A DNA stretch of 64,000 bases from Lama guanicoe. Its lineage: Eukaryota. Under the pieces are notes generated by a model. That model was not told the origin of the DNA and searched no databases. It saw nothing but the letters and a program-made list of their open reading frames with translations. Below, piece after piece: positions 37,501-51,129 of the stretch (within the stretch, counting starts at the first letter, position 1; the number at the start of each line of letters is the position of its first letter). The translations under genes were made by a program, and so were the position numbers. The stretch is from assembly GCA_013239625.1 (NCBI GenBank), contig MU054187.1, positions 16,322,941 through 16,386,940 of the forward strand, in the 5' to 3' direction.

Positions 37501-40199
37501 TTAAGGAGAAGTTGTTTATTTCTGCTTCTGCAGAAATCATAAACACCAACCCGGAGCCTGACAGCCCAAGCTGTGCTGCAGTAAATTCTAGTACTTTGCT
37601 GGCCATTCTAAGCTGCCCAATAAAAGTTACTGTAGCTAAATCCCATATACATTTCATGAAATAATCCCACTCAGAAGATGGTATCGTATTCATGCACAGC
37701 AGGGTGTGCAAATGCCTATAAATCACACGTAGCATCTGAAATATCTATTAAAAAAAAATCTGGGCAAATTTAACCATGACCCTTTGCCAGACAATAGGCC
37801 TTCATGTGCTTTGCAGCTTAGCAGACACCCAGGAATTCTGTGTGGAAGTGATAGCTACTGTCTATGTAATATTTAGGACCTATTCATGAAGCATCTGGCA
37901 GGAAATAAAAGGGTTTTCTCCGCGAACATATGCTAAAGGATGTGGTCCTGTGCCGACTCCTCCTCTTCTGATTTTTTGCAAATAGCACAACATAAGAGAC
38001 GGTTGTTTCTGGCTGCCCTGCTGCCTGTCATGGCTGTCAGGCAAAATCCCATGAATTATTGCTCTTCCAGATGTAAGAGATTTTCAGGCGGCCTTAAACT
38101 GCCTGTGGTTTGTGGTCCTGGAGAGGAGAGAAACGAGATTAAACTTCATCTCATCAGTGCAATCTGAAAAGATCACACAGAGGACTTATAATCAGAGCTT
38201 TTTCATTCCAGAGCCAGACTGGAGAGCTGTGTGTTTTTGTTTCAAGGTGATGTCACATTAAGCTTGTTGGAAGACAGTGATTAAGGTCAAACAATATTTG
38301 AGGAAGATCAAAAATAAAGAAAAAAAAAAGAAAGAAAAAAGAAAAAGTGTGCAACCCTTTTCTGAGGCTTTCTTACTGCATTTGCTTAAAGGGGAAGGAC
38401 TGATCATGTTCGTGGATGGCAAAGAAGGGGAAGTGGATTTGGTCCTGCAATTCAAAGTTGTCAGCATCTCTTAACACAAGGTTAATGTGAGAAAAATTAG
38501 AAATGTTCCCATAAAATTACAGCTCAACTGTTCATTGTAATTTAGAGGATGTATTCATCACCATGAAAAAAAATCGTGTCATTTTTTGTTATCTCTAAAG
38601 GTCAATTTTGAAGTCTCTCTCTCTCTTTTTTTTTTTTTTTTGATTCTATGAACATGTCATAGAGAGTCTGGAAATATTCATTTAAAAAAATCAGCAGGTG
38701 ATAGTAATGCTTTCTGATATGCAGTTTTTTTTAAAGACATTTTAGTTTGGCTTCCCCCTCGAAAAAATGCACTTCTATAACCCCCCTATAAGTGGTAAAT
38801 ATCAGCAGATTCAATAACCCCGGTTACCAACATTTAACTAAAGGTTTTCATAACTGTTTCCAGAATCACTCAGAAAATAAATCACACCCTCTCCCATTAT
38901 ATAGTTTGAGTCCTCAGGGAGAAAACTTATAACTCATTACATTTCCCATTCCCTTTGATCAAATACCACATACAGCACCTGGATATTATAATTTTAAATA
39001 ATAGTGGTGACACCAACTAGGATAATACTTAAAAACCTACGAATCTTAATATGGTTACTATTAGTTCTTATCATTTATGGCATGCAGAAATTGTGAGTGG
39101 TTTTGTGGCATTTTGCTAGAGTTCCATTAGCAAAATATTAATTATAGATCAAGAAAACATGTTTTTTAAGAAACACCTGGAAATAATCGACAAATATATA
39201 TGTCTTAGATCAGAACATAATTGCCCCAATTCAACCTGTATAACTTTTTTTTTTTTAAAGAGGTAGGCTGTTTAAGTCATGGGGTAGGCTACCAGATGTA
39301 AACCCTCCCGGGCTGGCTTTCCTTTCCATTTCAGCTCAGGTACCTCACAAAGGTTCTCTAATGGGAGGGATCCCAGTGAAACAGTGATGAAAACCACAGG
39401 TACGAGTGGCTTGCATGAAAGCATTTATTGCTTGGCATGCATTGCATTACAGCAGAGTGGTGGGGGGAGGCCCTCCGTTGGAAATGCATTAATTATTTGA
39501 CACTGGTTTGCCTCAAAGTCATTTTTTACTGTGGGATGCAAGTGAAAGATCACAGCTGAAAAAAATATCATCCTACTTGAGGAAGGCTCACAGAGCCTTT
39601 TCTTATGTTCTGTGTGAAGTTGTCTTGAACTGAAACCTATGCTCCTTAAGGATTAAGGGATTGAAAAGCAAAGACTGAAGCTGCTATAATTTAAACCTCG
39701 AGATTCCCTAGCACAAAGGTGCAAAATGGACTAAGCCAATCTGGCTCTTTCCCTCTCTAGTAAAGAAATAATTTTCCTTTAGAAAGTTTTGCACTATTAA
39801 CATTCCAAAGGCGTTATCATCTTTAAAGCAAGAGATCTTCCCTTGGCTTTTACTCTGCATTGAATACCTGCAGACATCGAACAAGTGGACGTGGTTTTAA
39901 ATCACAATTTACGAAGGACATTTCAAAGAAAAAATGCATAAGGATCATCAGTGACTTGCATTTTCTTAGTTACGTTAGTAACTTTATTCAGTAGAAATTT
40001 TCCTGGAGTTTGTGGTTGTATATGTGCTTATTGTGTTATTTCTGGGGAAAAAAAAATGCTTATTTCCCAGTCAATGAAATTAAAAAGTATTATTTACCCT
40101 TCAAATAGCAGAAAATCACTTCTGAGCAATGGAAAGCCACGTAATTGCAGGCATCTGTTTTCTTACATGTGAGTTAAGTCAGAATGAAAGCTCAGAGAG

Positions 40200-40450
40200 T
40201 GATTTACTTATTCACTGATTCAATCATTCATTCAGCAGTTATTAAACACCTACTGTGTGCCGTGCAGTTAGGCACTTCAGATGCAGTGGTGCAGAAATAA
40301 ACATAAGCTTGCCTTCATGTCTATGAGATACACCTACAGTAAATGAATAATTAAGGAGCTATTTCAAGTATAATTGTCACATATGCTGCAAAGGGGATGC
40401 ATAGAGAAGGATCATGGAAATAAGGAATTCACAGGAATGTGACGTTTGCA
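40200..40450 (-). mobile_element. L2 3' remnant
   Basis: tcattcattcagcagttattaaacacctactgtgtgcc...ttgccttcatg. Confidence 0.7.
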
Positions 40451-43431
40451 GATGCCGTGGTTGTACAGCCCTGCTGTGAATATGCAGTGACGCACCCCAA
40501 GTAAAGTAACTGACAGCTTTATTTCTAAGTTTCAGAAAGCAAACAAAAGAACTTTAAACAAAAGATTCAGAAAGGCTGAAATTGCTGTGCACTGTCAGAA
40601 TTCGGGGTTTCATATTTAGTTTCCCTGTTAGGTAGGAAAAATAGTGATTGAAAGAAGATATTATTTCCAGAATAAGCCATTTCTAAATGGTTCTTACTGA
40701 TTACATCCAATCTCCCTTTGAAAAGCCATATGGAGAAAATAGATCATCTTGAAATATCCAACCAAAAATCCTTCATCACAAAACCTGAATTTTAGCTTTA
40801 GATTTTTCCTCACATCAATTCTCCACTCCAAACTTTCTCAGATACTCTGCCCACGTTTCTCATCTACTCTGAAGACCAAGTGTGGCAGCATTTTCTCACC
40901 TTCAACTTGATTGTGGTTTGGCTATTTCATATCTTGATCTTTTCAATCTGTTACCCTCTGGGTTTTACTTCTTTTCTTCATATTGTTACTACTATTTAGC
41001 TAATATTTTTGCATTCACATTTCATGTCGTCACTAAAGTACAACTGGGTAATGATTTGTTTCATTTGATCAGTTTGGGCCAAATCCAGTAATAGTATAAA
41101 GATCATCTGTGTACGTAGATCAGAAGAGACTGGCTTGCTTTTCCTCCGAACCACTCGACACAATTCCCTTTAAGTATTTTCAAGTTTTTCTTCCCTTCCA
41201 GCTACACTTGCCTCTGCTCTTGAATTTGAATGCTTCACCTTAATTGAGTTCACCTTCACTCAACTTTCAAATCAAATTACTCATGACATAAAAATTTTCA
41301 AGTATTCTCCCTTTTAATATCCAAAGGACTTACTGAGTTTTAGATTTACAGAGTGAATACTATATTTAGTTTTTCAAACACGAGTGATAGTTAAAGAGAA
41401 AGTTGTAATGATGCAGAATTTAGGGAGCAGTATTTGTTTCAGAGGTTACTTTTCTTGGTTAAAAAAAAAGAAGAAATATGTTTATTGTATAACACTAGTA
41501 AAATATAGAAAAATAGCAAAAAGTAAATGAAAATATCCTGTAATCCAACCAAAGAGTTTAAAGGCATAGTTTTTATCCTCTTATCCTTCCTTGTCATATG
41601 TCATATATCCTCAGGAAAAAAAATTTCTTTCTTTCAGTTATGTTAATTTTAAAATAGCTGATGAATAATGGCATATTACAAAGTTCTTAGTAACATGTAA
41701 ATGAAAGCTCTACTTAAATTAAATGACAATGACCATTGTCTCCTCTCCAAGGAAGAAAAATAAAGATGTTTAATCACTATATTACCTTCTATTACAGTAG
41801 AGATTTTCAAGTTTAACCTGATACATTTCATTGGTGAAATGTTTAATTATTTGAATATTTTTATAGGAATTGTTCAATCTCCCCAGCCTCATTACTTCTA
41901 CAAATTGAAACATTTAACACATTTTTTTTCCACTGACAGTGACCTCCCTACTTGCAATAACCCTTCTTTTGATCATTACTCATTCACTCATCACAAAGTA
42001 GATGGTGACCATCTACTGTGCATTGTTAGATTGTATACTTAAAAAAATCAAAGAAGCAAAAAAACAGCAATCATGTCCTCAAGAAGCTTACATGGTCTTT
42101 TCATTATTTCCAATGTTGATTTCATAAGGGAATTCATCTTAATGTTAGGTAAGTAAAATTTAAATATTAAAATGAAAATGCGTCACAATTTCTTATCAAA
42201 TACTACAAAATAAAATGCAGGGATGTGTGTATTATTGAATATTTTAGAGACTCTACCCCACACCTTTCTGAGATTCTGTGAACACTGTTGGCTCTATTAG
42301 CGGCGAATTGCATCACATGCCACTAACCACTACCCACGACTGCTACCACCTACTACATCCAGGGTTTGTTGTTGTTGTTGTTGTTTTCTGTAAAGTAAGA
42401 GAACAAAAATATTTTACAAACTGCATTTGCAGACATACCCCATAGAAGGTGAAAGTATTCTCAAATTTGCATGTGACGGTGGGCGTGGGGTGACTTCCAC
42501 AAGGGTTTACGGATTTCTCTCTGTAGATGCTACTTTGGCCAGAGCGTCCCATTTATAACCTTAAAATCCTGTCTTGAAGGTTCAGACCCCCACTCCAGGA
42601 GAGGAAGTTATTCCATTTCTGTACTCCGTGTGCCTCTTGGGGCCAGATCTGCCAGTAATGCTTAATTGGGTTGGAAGATAGTGGATAGTACTGGTTTATC
42701 ATACAGGCAACTGACACGAAACTTTTTCACTTATCTGAGGTTGGACTGTGTCTGGGTTCAGAGATGAAAGGTCAGTTCTTTATCCACTAAGTCCCCTAGA
42801 CATTCCAAAATCCCCAGTACATTACAAATTTGAACAGTTTAAGCTCCCTTAAATAAAGAATCTCTTCTCTGGGTAAAGTATACACTGTATATAGATACAG
42901 TGGAGAAGAAACATGTGAAAGGTCACAGCCATGACCTTTTAACATCAATAGTTTTATTTATAGCCGGGCGCTTAGTCTATAGGGCTTAATATAAAAGCAA
43001 GAAGAAAGACAAAGGTATCTGGTTAGCTTTATAATAGCTATCCGGTTATATAAAATTCGTCTTTTCACTCTTGAGCTGAGAGTAAAAATTATAAATAATT
43101 AAAGTGACAGCTGTTTCAAAGTAAAGAATAACACTTCTCAATCATTTTTAATTGAACACATTCCATTTCTCTCTTTATATGGCCTAAAATACTCCACTCG
43201 ATTTGAAAGGAATAGATTTATCTCCTCATATGTCTGATTCTTTTTTAGAAGACAAAATAACATTATTTTATTTTTATTACTACCTGCCTCCTTGTCACCT
43301 ATTTGGTGTCCTGTGGTATTTAAAATTACACGTAGGAGAGTTGGGGATGACAGCAGTAAAAACCATGTTTCGCGGAATTTTAGTAGTTTAGGAAGCAAAC
43401 ACAGATGTATGCATTTGTTTGCTCTTTTCAA

Positions 43432-43756
43432 GATGATAGAAATGAACTTATTTACAAAACAGAAAGAGATTCACAGAAATAAAAAACAAACTATGATTAC
43501 CAAAGAGGAAGGAGGGGGGAGGATAATTTAGGAGTTTTGGATTAGCTGGTACAAACTACTATACATAAAATAGCTAAACAAGGTCCTACTGTACAGCACA
43601 GGGAACTATATTCAATATCTTGTAATAACCTATAATGAAAAAGAGCATGAAAAAAATATATATATGTAAAACTGAATCACTATGCTATACACCAGAAACT
43701 AACACAACATTGTAAATCAACTATACTTCAATTTAAAGAAAGAAAAAAAAGAAAGA
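43432..43756 (+). mobile_element. L1 3' UTR, 5'-truncated
   Basis: aatgaacttatttacaaaacagaa...aaggtcctactgtacagcacagggaactatattcaatatc...ttgtaaatcaactatacttcaatt, then A tail. Confidence 0.92.
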
Positions 43757-44579
43757 AATGCCTGAAGGCACATTGGGAGAAGTTCAAAGAGATCAGAAAA
43801 TCCACTGTAGGAGTGAAGTGTGAAGCAAAGCTGGAGAATAAGCCACCAGGAGCTGTGCGTGACAAGAAGAGGCTTAAGCCAAGGAAGCCTGGAATTCCAG
43901 GTTTGACACGGAGCGAGCCCCATCTTAGTTCCTGACTCGACTCGGGGAGAATGACAGGAAGCCGCTTCGGACTGTGCTTTCATCATCTCCAGAGAAGACC
44001 GACCACCACCGTCTCCTTTCGTCCTAAGCAGAACCTAAGACGCGGTCGCCTTCTCATCGCAGGAGACTCCTTTGCATCGACGAGCATCCCTGGCTGATGG
44101 GTGGCCTTTCACTGGTTTGATACCCTCTGTGCCTTTTCTCACCACTTGTTAGTTTAATTCATGCTAAAGTCATAATGGGAACGAACGGTTAACCTATTTT
44201 TAACTGGAACTTCCAGAGACAACATCTTTACCCCAAGAAAGTGATTACATTGGTCAGAATGCCAAGTGCTGCGTCTCTGTGGAGGATTGTCGAGGCTGCT
44301 CGTCCGCCCTGCATTCTAAGCTGAATGCAATACTTGGGACTTTTGTCTTCTAGTTCTGTGTCCCTCCCTGGTGTGATACCGAAATCTCTCTGTGAATGAC
44401 TGCCAGCACTTCAGAGACAAAACCACCAGGCTGGCTGCGTTATTTTCTAGTTAAAAGGATATCTGCTTAGTCATTAAATTAAAAAAAAAAACACCTTTGG
44501 TGAATAGTATTGGGGATCTAATAGTGGGTAAAAGTGCAAAGTATCAGAATTGATAAGATCTTGAGTATCTTATAGAAAT

Positions 44580-44760
44580 AGAAGCCCAGATTCTGGAGCC
44601 AGACAGACCTGGATTTGAATCTCCAAAGACTCCCTTAATTTGGGGCTTTGGCCAGTGGCTGAATTTCTCTAAGCCTCATAAAATGTGAATAACATATAAC
44701 GTGAGGTGTGATCATTGTGAGACTATAAGGAGTGTATTCATGTAAATGACAGGGCATGTA
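44580..44760 (+). mobile_element. MIR
   Basis: tctggagccagacagacctggatttgaatc...ctctaagcctc. Confidence 0.7.
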
Positions 44761-45569
44761 AGCCTTCACCTCATCTTAATTTCTATGAGTATCATTGAAT
44801 TAAATGTCATATGGACAATGGAAGAATAAGAAAATCAAGGTTATTGACAATATTTACGCAGCAAAATACTTAGTTGACTGACTATTCTTCTTTTGGTAAG
44901 TCATTTTATACGGTTCTAAATATTCATCCATAAGTAGGTGGAGGAAAAAACTCTAAAATACGTGTAGAACAGCAGTGATAAAATATTACTAGTGAAATCT
45001 GTTTCCTTCAAATGCAACCTCCTTGCGGTCTCTGGAAAGTAACCTTAGCCTCCCTGAGGAATAAAAGGGAAAAAACTTGCCCACATTCTCTGTTATAGAA
45101 GCAGGTTGTCAGATGGCGATAGAGGGCCATTCTGGTGTCATTACAGAATCAGAAATGGGGCAGTTACTAACCCTCCCCTCTCTTAGATCCTATCATAGGA
45201 GGCCTGCATCCGCCCCAGAAAAGCACACTCCTCTTTCTGCCCTACTCTGAGAAATGCTAAGAGTGAAAATTGGCCCAGGGATGTGTTGGCATTTCAGTGT
45301 CACCAAATCCCAAACCCCTTTATCCCAAAGAATAATTTCCAGTTCCAATTGTCCTCAGGTTTTCCTTGCTCCCACTGCTTACCATTTTTATTAGTCAATC
45401 TAATTCTTGAATGCCTACCCTTTTCCAAACCCTGCATGAGGTCCTTCAGGTAAAGATGAACAGAGTCAACCATAATCCCTACCACGGACGAGCTCAGAGC
45501 CAAAATAAGGAAGAAATTAAGAGAATCAGTAAATGCACCGCCTCCAGCGAACTCTTCTCTGTTTACATG

Positions 45570-45800
45570 GTAAAGAACCTGATGAAATCGAGTGCTGACA
45601 AATTTAGATTTTACGTTGTAGAGGCAAATGTTGTTTACTCCTGGTGACTGGAAGAGGACTCAGAAAAAGCATTGCGGGTGCTGCCGACATTCTGTTTCTT
45701 GGTCTGGGAGATTTCACAGCTGCGTTCAGTTTGGGAGAAAAATCACTGAGTTGCACATTTGCATGCACTTTCCATATATAGTATACTTCCATTAAAAAAT
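45570..45800 (+). mobile_element. L1ME/MC 3' end
   Basis: gtgactggaagaggac...gggtgctgccgacattctgtttcttggtctggg...ttcagtttg...atacttccattaaaaa. Confidence 0.7.
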
Positions 45801-47077
45801 TCTAATGATATATAGATTTCTTTTTTCTTTGCACAGAACCGATATTTTACATGGACGAGATACACGTATTCCTTAGGCTCAACAAATACTTTTAAAATTG
45901 AATCATAACTTAAATTTCTAAAAGATTAAAAAGTTTTAACTCCTTTTTACAACCATGAAAACAGTCCTTACTTTTGGAAATGAATCGCAGTGCTGAATCT
46001 TCAGTTATGCTTCTATTTGTAATAAGATCGTTTTATTCAAAGCCTCTAAGACTCTTCTCACATATTCAAGAGATATTATATTCACATAGTCATCTAACAG
46101 GGTGCTTCCCACCAGAAAAGTCAGCTCACCAGTTGCTCTGAAATTCCCACTTGGGTTTCTTATTTTTTTCACCTACCAACAGCTATTCTTAATGATGTCT
46201 TGAGCAAACAAGCAATTGAATTCACTGTATCCTCCTGGTATAACACTGTATTAACATCCTTCTTTTTTTTTTTTCATGAAAATGTCATTTGTGGGAATGA
46301 TTTACTTTTTTAAAATGCTCCATTTCTCCTGCTGAATATAAAATGCCATCTAACTCATGGGAAATATATAGCGCCAAGCAAAGCAGACCCTTAAGATTGT
46401 TTTAGAATTAATTCCATAGACATCATATAATTTCCCCAATAAATATATTGCTGAACAACACATAGCAAGTTATGCTAAATTTACTTCTCTCTGTAGAGTT
46501 TAATCCTGTTGAATACATGCCCCCTTGAATTTTCCTTAGATTTCATGCCACGAGATTTATCTCATTCCTTACTTCCCCAAAGCCCACATTCTAGGTTTCT
46601 CTTTCTCTACCCTGATGACGAAACAAGATTCTATAACCTGTATTAACCTCTGGAAAGCACTTGTTCATCCTTTAAGTCCTACCCCAGAGCTCCCTCTAGT
46701 CTCCCTGTACAAACTCTCTCTCAATGTAAGCAGAATATCGCCATGGTTTTGAGAGCATGACCCTTAGTTCTAGCTTCCAAACCCAGTAATTACAAGAAAT
46801 CATAACTTGGCAGTTTCCAACCATTTCTAACTCAACACATCCCTAAATCCAATCGCAGGCTCTTGCAATCGGCTTCTCTCCTGCTCCACCTCACCTCACC
46901 CTGCTCCCAACCAACCCTCTGCGTCTTCTGTGTTGGTTAATGACAGTCCTTCTCCCGAATGACTTTTCACTGTACCTTTGCGGCATAATTCCACTGTCAC
47001 CTTGTCGTTGGCGCCATCTAATCCTGAACCCCTGCCGTCAAAGTGTATACTGTGATGTGCTTAAAGCTCTCTTTTCA

Positions 47078-47640
47078 CTCATTCATTCATTCATTCATTT
47101 TTTCATTCAACAAGTATTTGTTGAGTAACTGCCCCTGGAAGGCTTTGGCTACTCAGAGATAAACAGGACCCAACCTTTCTATGAAGAAACGTGTCAAGGG
47201 GGAACATGTACAAGACTGGCTTTCTAACACGTACATTCTGCAGCAGAGAGTTTAAATGCCTTTGCGTGTCATCTAGATGTTCCTCAGAATCTGGCCTGGC
47301 CAAACCTCTCCTGCTTCATTCACTGCATCTCCTTCGTGTGTGTCCTTCACCGCAGGCACCCAGAACTACACGGGGATCTCCGATGAGCCTTGCCCTTTGT
47401 GCCGCGGTGCCTGCCTTCCCTCCGCCTGAAATGTCCTTCTCAACCTTGTCAGTCCTCCAGAGCTATTTTTTGGCCTCCTCTGACAGTTGGCATCTGTCCT
47501 CTGGACTCAATAACATCCTGTGAAAATTTAACATGTATCACACTACTTACTAATTATTGATTTTCACTTCTGCCTTTCCTGCTGGATAGTGAGGTGCACG
47601 CGAGCAGTGATTGAATCTCCTGTGCCCTTCGGGCTGAATG
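47078..47640. mobile_element. L2 fragments (minus ~47078-47170; plus ~47270-47640)
   Basis: (ttca)n caacaagtatttgttgag; cttgccctttgtgccgcggtgcctgccttccctccgcctgaaatgtcctt. Confidence 0.55.
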
Positions 47641-47669
47641 AGCAATAATCATATACTTGGGAATAAGAA

Positions 47670-47920
47670 AATGATTAAGAACACAGCCCAGGGAGTCAGA
47701 CAGACACGGTGATGAATCCCAGCTCCACACGATAATAACTATGTAATCTTAAGAATTTACTTGACTTCTCTGAGCCTCAGTTTCCTTATCTGTTAAAAGT
47801 AATAGCAATATGTATTTTAAATTGTTCTATGAGGACTCAACAAGATGATGCAAGTAAAGTGTTAGGTACAGTGTCTCGTCCATAGTAAATATTCAGTCAT
47901 TTTTAGCTATTGTTATTATT
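47670..47920 (+). mobile_element. MIR
   Basis: ggagtcagacagac...gaatcccagctccac...ttctctgagcctcagtttccttatctgt...tagctattgttattatt. Confidence 0.88.
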
Positions 47921-48002
47921 CAGTCTGATTGAAAGTAGTGGTGTCGTGATGGTTCCCATCACATTTTACAACTGGGATCAGGTAATAAGAAACAAAGAAT
48001 GG

Positions 48003-48089
48003 TGGTGCATCCACTGTGGAAAACAATAGAGAGAGTCTGTAAAAACCTGAGAATAGACTTACCCTATGATCCAGCAATCCCACTCCAGG
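48003..48089 (+). mobile_element. Isolated internal L1 ORF2 fragment
   Basis: tggtgcatccactgtggaaaaca...ttaccctatgatccagcaatcccactcc corresponds to the L1 LV.PLWKT...LPYDPAIPL segment. Confidence 0.85.
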
Positions 48090-48289
48090 TCCTTGGTTTA
48101 TGACCTGTAAAATCTCTATCCTGCCATGGGAGAAACTCCTTTTTTGGGAATGTCTCTGATGACTTGTGTCTTTGCCCCTCCCGTTTCCTAGAACAAAGAA
48201 TTATGAGACTCACAGGTAAACGTGTGCCCTTCTGCCCAGCACTCCAGTTATAAACCTTTTATTCTACTGCACGACAAGAAATTGTTCTA

Positions 48290-48390
48290 GAGGGAGGGTA
48301 TGGCTCAGTGGCAGAGCGCATGACCAGCATGCACAGGGTCCTGGGTTCAATCCCTGGTACCTCCTCCAAAAAAGAAAAAAACAAAAATAA
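48290..48390 (+). mobile_element. Vic-1-like SINE (short form)
   Basis: gggagggtatggctcagtggcagagcgcatg...gggttcaatccctggtacctcc, then A tail; flanking aaattgtt repeats. Confidence 0.9.
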
Positions 48391-48832
48391 AATTGTTAAA
48401 AAGGAAGAAATTGGTGTAAATGAAATCAAGACAAGCTCGTTGGCATCCTGCTTGGTGGTGGTTTCTAATGGTCTCCAGACTAATAAGTACCACGTAGGTG
48501 ACTCAATACTACGTCTATGCAGCTGAGCCAACTATGCATTTATTTTTGTCTACATAATATTAGAAAGTTTCACTGAATTTTTCACTGAGTTTATTAATAT
48601 TTTCACTGAATTTCCAGATGTTTTGCTTTCACATATTGGTGTCACTATATATCTTTATTTTCCCCTTACACTATGGTTCCTATGTATAGTTTATTGTTGG
48701 GAAATAGCTGCAGGGCAAGACAGATATTAAAACTATATAAGATCTCATAAGATGTGAAGCTGAATATCTTTTTTTAGATCAGGTAACCTTTTTATAGCTT
48801 TGGGGGAAAACATGGATAGATGCATAGTACTC

Positions 48833-48834
<2 letters not shown>

Positions 48835-48864
<30 letters not shown>
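48835..48864. repeat. (GT)15 microsatellite
   Basis: Read directly. Confidence 0.98.
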
Positions 48865-48867
<3 letters not shown>

Positions 48868-49039
48868 GACACTGACAAAGAATTCTTCTATATAGAGAGA
48901 GAGCAAAACCTTATGCCCATTGCAAGAAAACTCTAGAAGTTTTGTTTTTTTTAATATCTAAAAATATCCATTTTAACCAGAATATAGGGTACAGAGGTAG
49001 ACAAGTTGGTTTGGTGAAGGGAAAATTAAGCAGTTCTTC

Positions 49040-49350
49040 TAACTGCTTCTAGTTTCTTTTATTGTTTTACTGGCTTGATTTTTCATATTTAAGATTTTAA
49101 TTCATCTGGAATTGTATTATGGTTCAAGTTAGGGATCATGTGTCCTGTTTGTCCAGGTGGATAGTCACTTGTTTCAAAACCATGTTTCCCCCAGTACTTA
49201 GCAATGCCTTCTTTGTCCTAGAGGAAGTACCCACAACTTTGAAGCCTTGTTCCTAAGTTCTCTGTTGTGTTCGTCTAGTCTGTTTGTGGCAAGTTGCCCT
49301 GCTTTAATTATTATAGCTTTACTGTAAATCTTCATAACTGGTAAAAACAA
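49040..49350 (-). mobile_element. Old L1 (L1ME-like) ORF2 remnant
   Basis: ttcatatttaagattttaattcatctggaatt...ctgctttaattattatagctttactgtaaatctt. Confidence 0.65.
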
Positions 49351-49730
49351 GACTTTGCTTAATATTTTTCTACCAGACTGTCTTATTTTTAGTCATCTAA
49401 ATATTGTCTGTATCCACATAGATATTTTCCCTTTCTATTTTCAGTATCATTTAATAATACTCTTTTTACCTTGATGAGACTTGCCAGAGGATTTTCCATC
49501 ATTTAGTTTTGTTTCTGGTTTTGACTTTTTTCTTTTTTGTCTAGTCAGTAAGACAGTTTTCAATTTTATTTAGGGTTTATTTTTGTTTCTTTTTCTCTGG
49601 TTTTTCTGCTTTCATTAATTTTTACTTTAAAAATTCTTTTGGCAATGCCTTCCTTCCTTCAAAGGAGAAATTTTTAAATGACTTCAAATTATAAATAACA
49701 TAGAATCAAATTACAAAGGTAAACATGATT

Positions 49731-49846
49731 TCTCGTCACAAAATATACGTATATCAAATCATCACATTGTATACTTTAAATATTATATGCTTTTGTCAAT
49801 TATACCTCAAGAGAATAATAATAACAAAATAAAATGAAGTCAAAAA
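49731..49846 (+). mobile_element. Very short L1 3' insertion with TSD
   Basis: atatacgtatatcaaatcatcacattgtatactttaaa...tgtcaattatacctcaa. TSD gtaaacatgatt at 49719-49730 and 49847-49858. Confidence 0.85.
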
Positions 49847-50137
49847 GTAAACATGATTCCGCAATGTTAATAAAGAAAATGCCTCAGGCCAAGGGCAATT
49901 TTTTTTAAATTCTTAGTGGGTAAGTCAACTTTATTACATTGAGTGGTATTACTCAAAAAGTCCACAATGAGCCTATGTGCAAATGGCTTTCTATTGTATG
50001 ATCTGAAGAGCAACAAAAATAATTCTTCTTCAAAAATATCTCCTTTGATACCTAAACATGGCATTGCTCCTTATTCCTTTGCAGTGTAATATCCAGCTCG
50101 AGACTCTTGGTAATTGGACACCCGTAGTGGTTGTTCT

Positions 50138-50302
50138 CAGCAATGGTTCCCAGACTGCAACATTTTATAAGTGAATGAGGAATCTGGATTAAAATGCAGA
50201 TTCAGGAGGTCTAATATGGGGCTCAAAAATCTGAAATTTAAGTAAGCATTCTGGTTGATTATGCGAGCAGTTATCGAGGACCTCGCTCTGAAAAATACTG
50301 CT
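50138..50302. mobile_element. MER5-type hAT DNA transposon
   Basis: cagcaatggttcccagac...aaaatgcagattc...ggggctcaaaaatctgaaattt...ctgaaaaatactgct. Confidence 0.65.
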
Positions 50303-50515
50303 ATAGAAGATGAAAAGTTAGCCAAACACTAGCCTGGAAATGAGCCCAGAGTTGTCTCCCTGTTAACACTTTGCACCTGACCTTCTGTTAGTGGACAGTA
50401 TAAGACAAAGGACAGGAAAAGCTCAAGGAAAGAAAACATTAGATGATGACATTAAACAGGAAGCAGTTTTGATGGTGCCAGACCAAGGAAGGATACAAGT
50501 TATTTGAATCTCAGA

Positions 50516-50712
50516 CAGCACTGCCCAAAAGAGTGTTCTGCAATGATAGAAATAGTTTATTTGCACACTCTTCAGCACAGTAGCCACTAATCACATGGTT
50601 TTTGAGCACTTGAAATGTGGCCAGTCTGACTGAGTAACTGAATTTTACCTTTTATTTAATTTTAATGTGTATAAGTCATATGTGATAGTGTCTATCATTC
50701 CCAGTAGCACAG
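50516..50712. mobile_element. MER3/MER33-type hAT DNA transposon
   Basis: cagcactgccc...ttctgcaatgatagaaat...gtagccactaatcacatg...tgagcacttgaaatgtggccagt...actgaatttt. Confidence 0.8.
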
Positions 50713-51129
50713 AGCTGCAGCTTAGTCTAAGGCTGGACTAGGGATTTATTAGAAAGAAAGTTGCTATCAATTTAAATAATTTCTAATTTACAATTTTCCG
50801 AAGGTCAGCTTTGTTATTTAAGATCACAGCATCAAATCTTCATATCATGCTACCAGGGAGAGTTGTAAAATTGGTAAAACGTATTTTGCTAATAGTTCTT
50901 CTATCATCTGCCAGTCAAATAAATTGCCTTCAGTATGGCAACCCCTGAAATTTTTTTCCAAGAAATCTTAGTAACAGTTTGGTAAATGATAGGAAGAAGA
51001 AAAAATATTGGTGGTAAATATCCTTAGCACACTCTTCAAAGTCTTTCAAGCTAAATTTTCTGTGAACATTGAAAATTTTATCGAGTTTTTTAAAATAAAA
51101 ATATTTTGAGTGAGGAAACTTTATTAGTA

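Noticed and set aside
43880..44320. CpG-enriched patch (also ~25200-25600)
   Set aside because: Short, moderate GC and partly repeat-derived; not supportable as a CpG-island promoter.
48568..48615. Three tttcactga copies
   Set aside because: Short slippage duplication with no spacer structure; not a CRISPR-like array.
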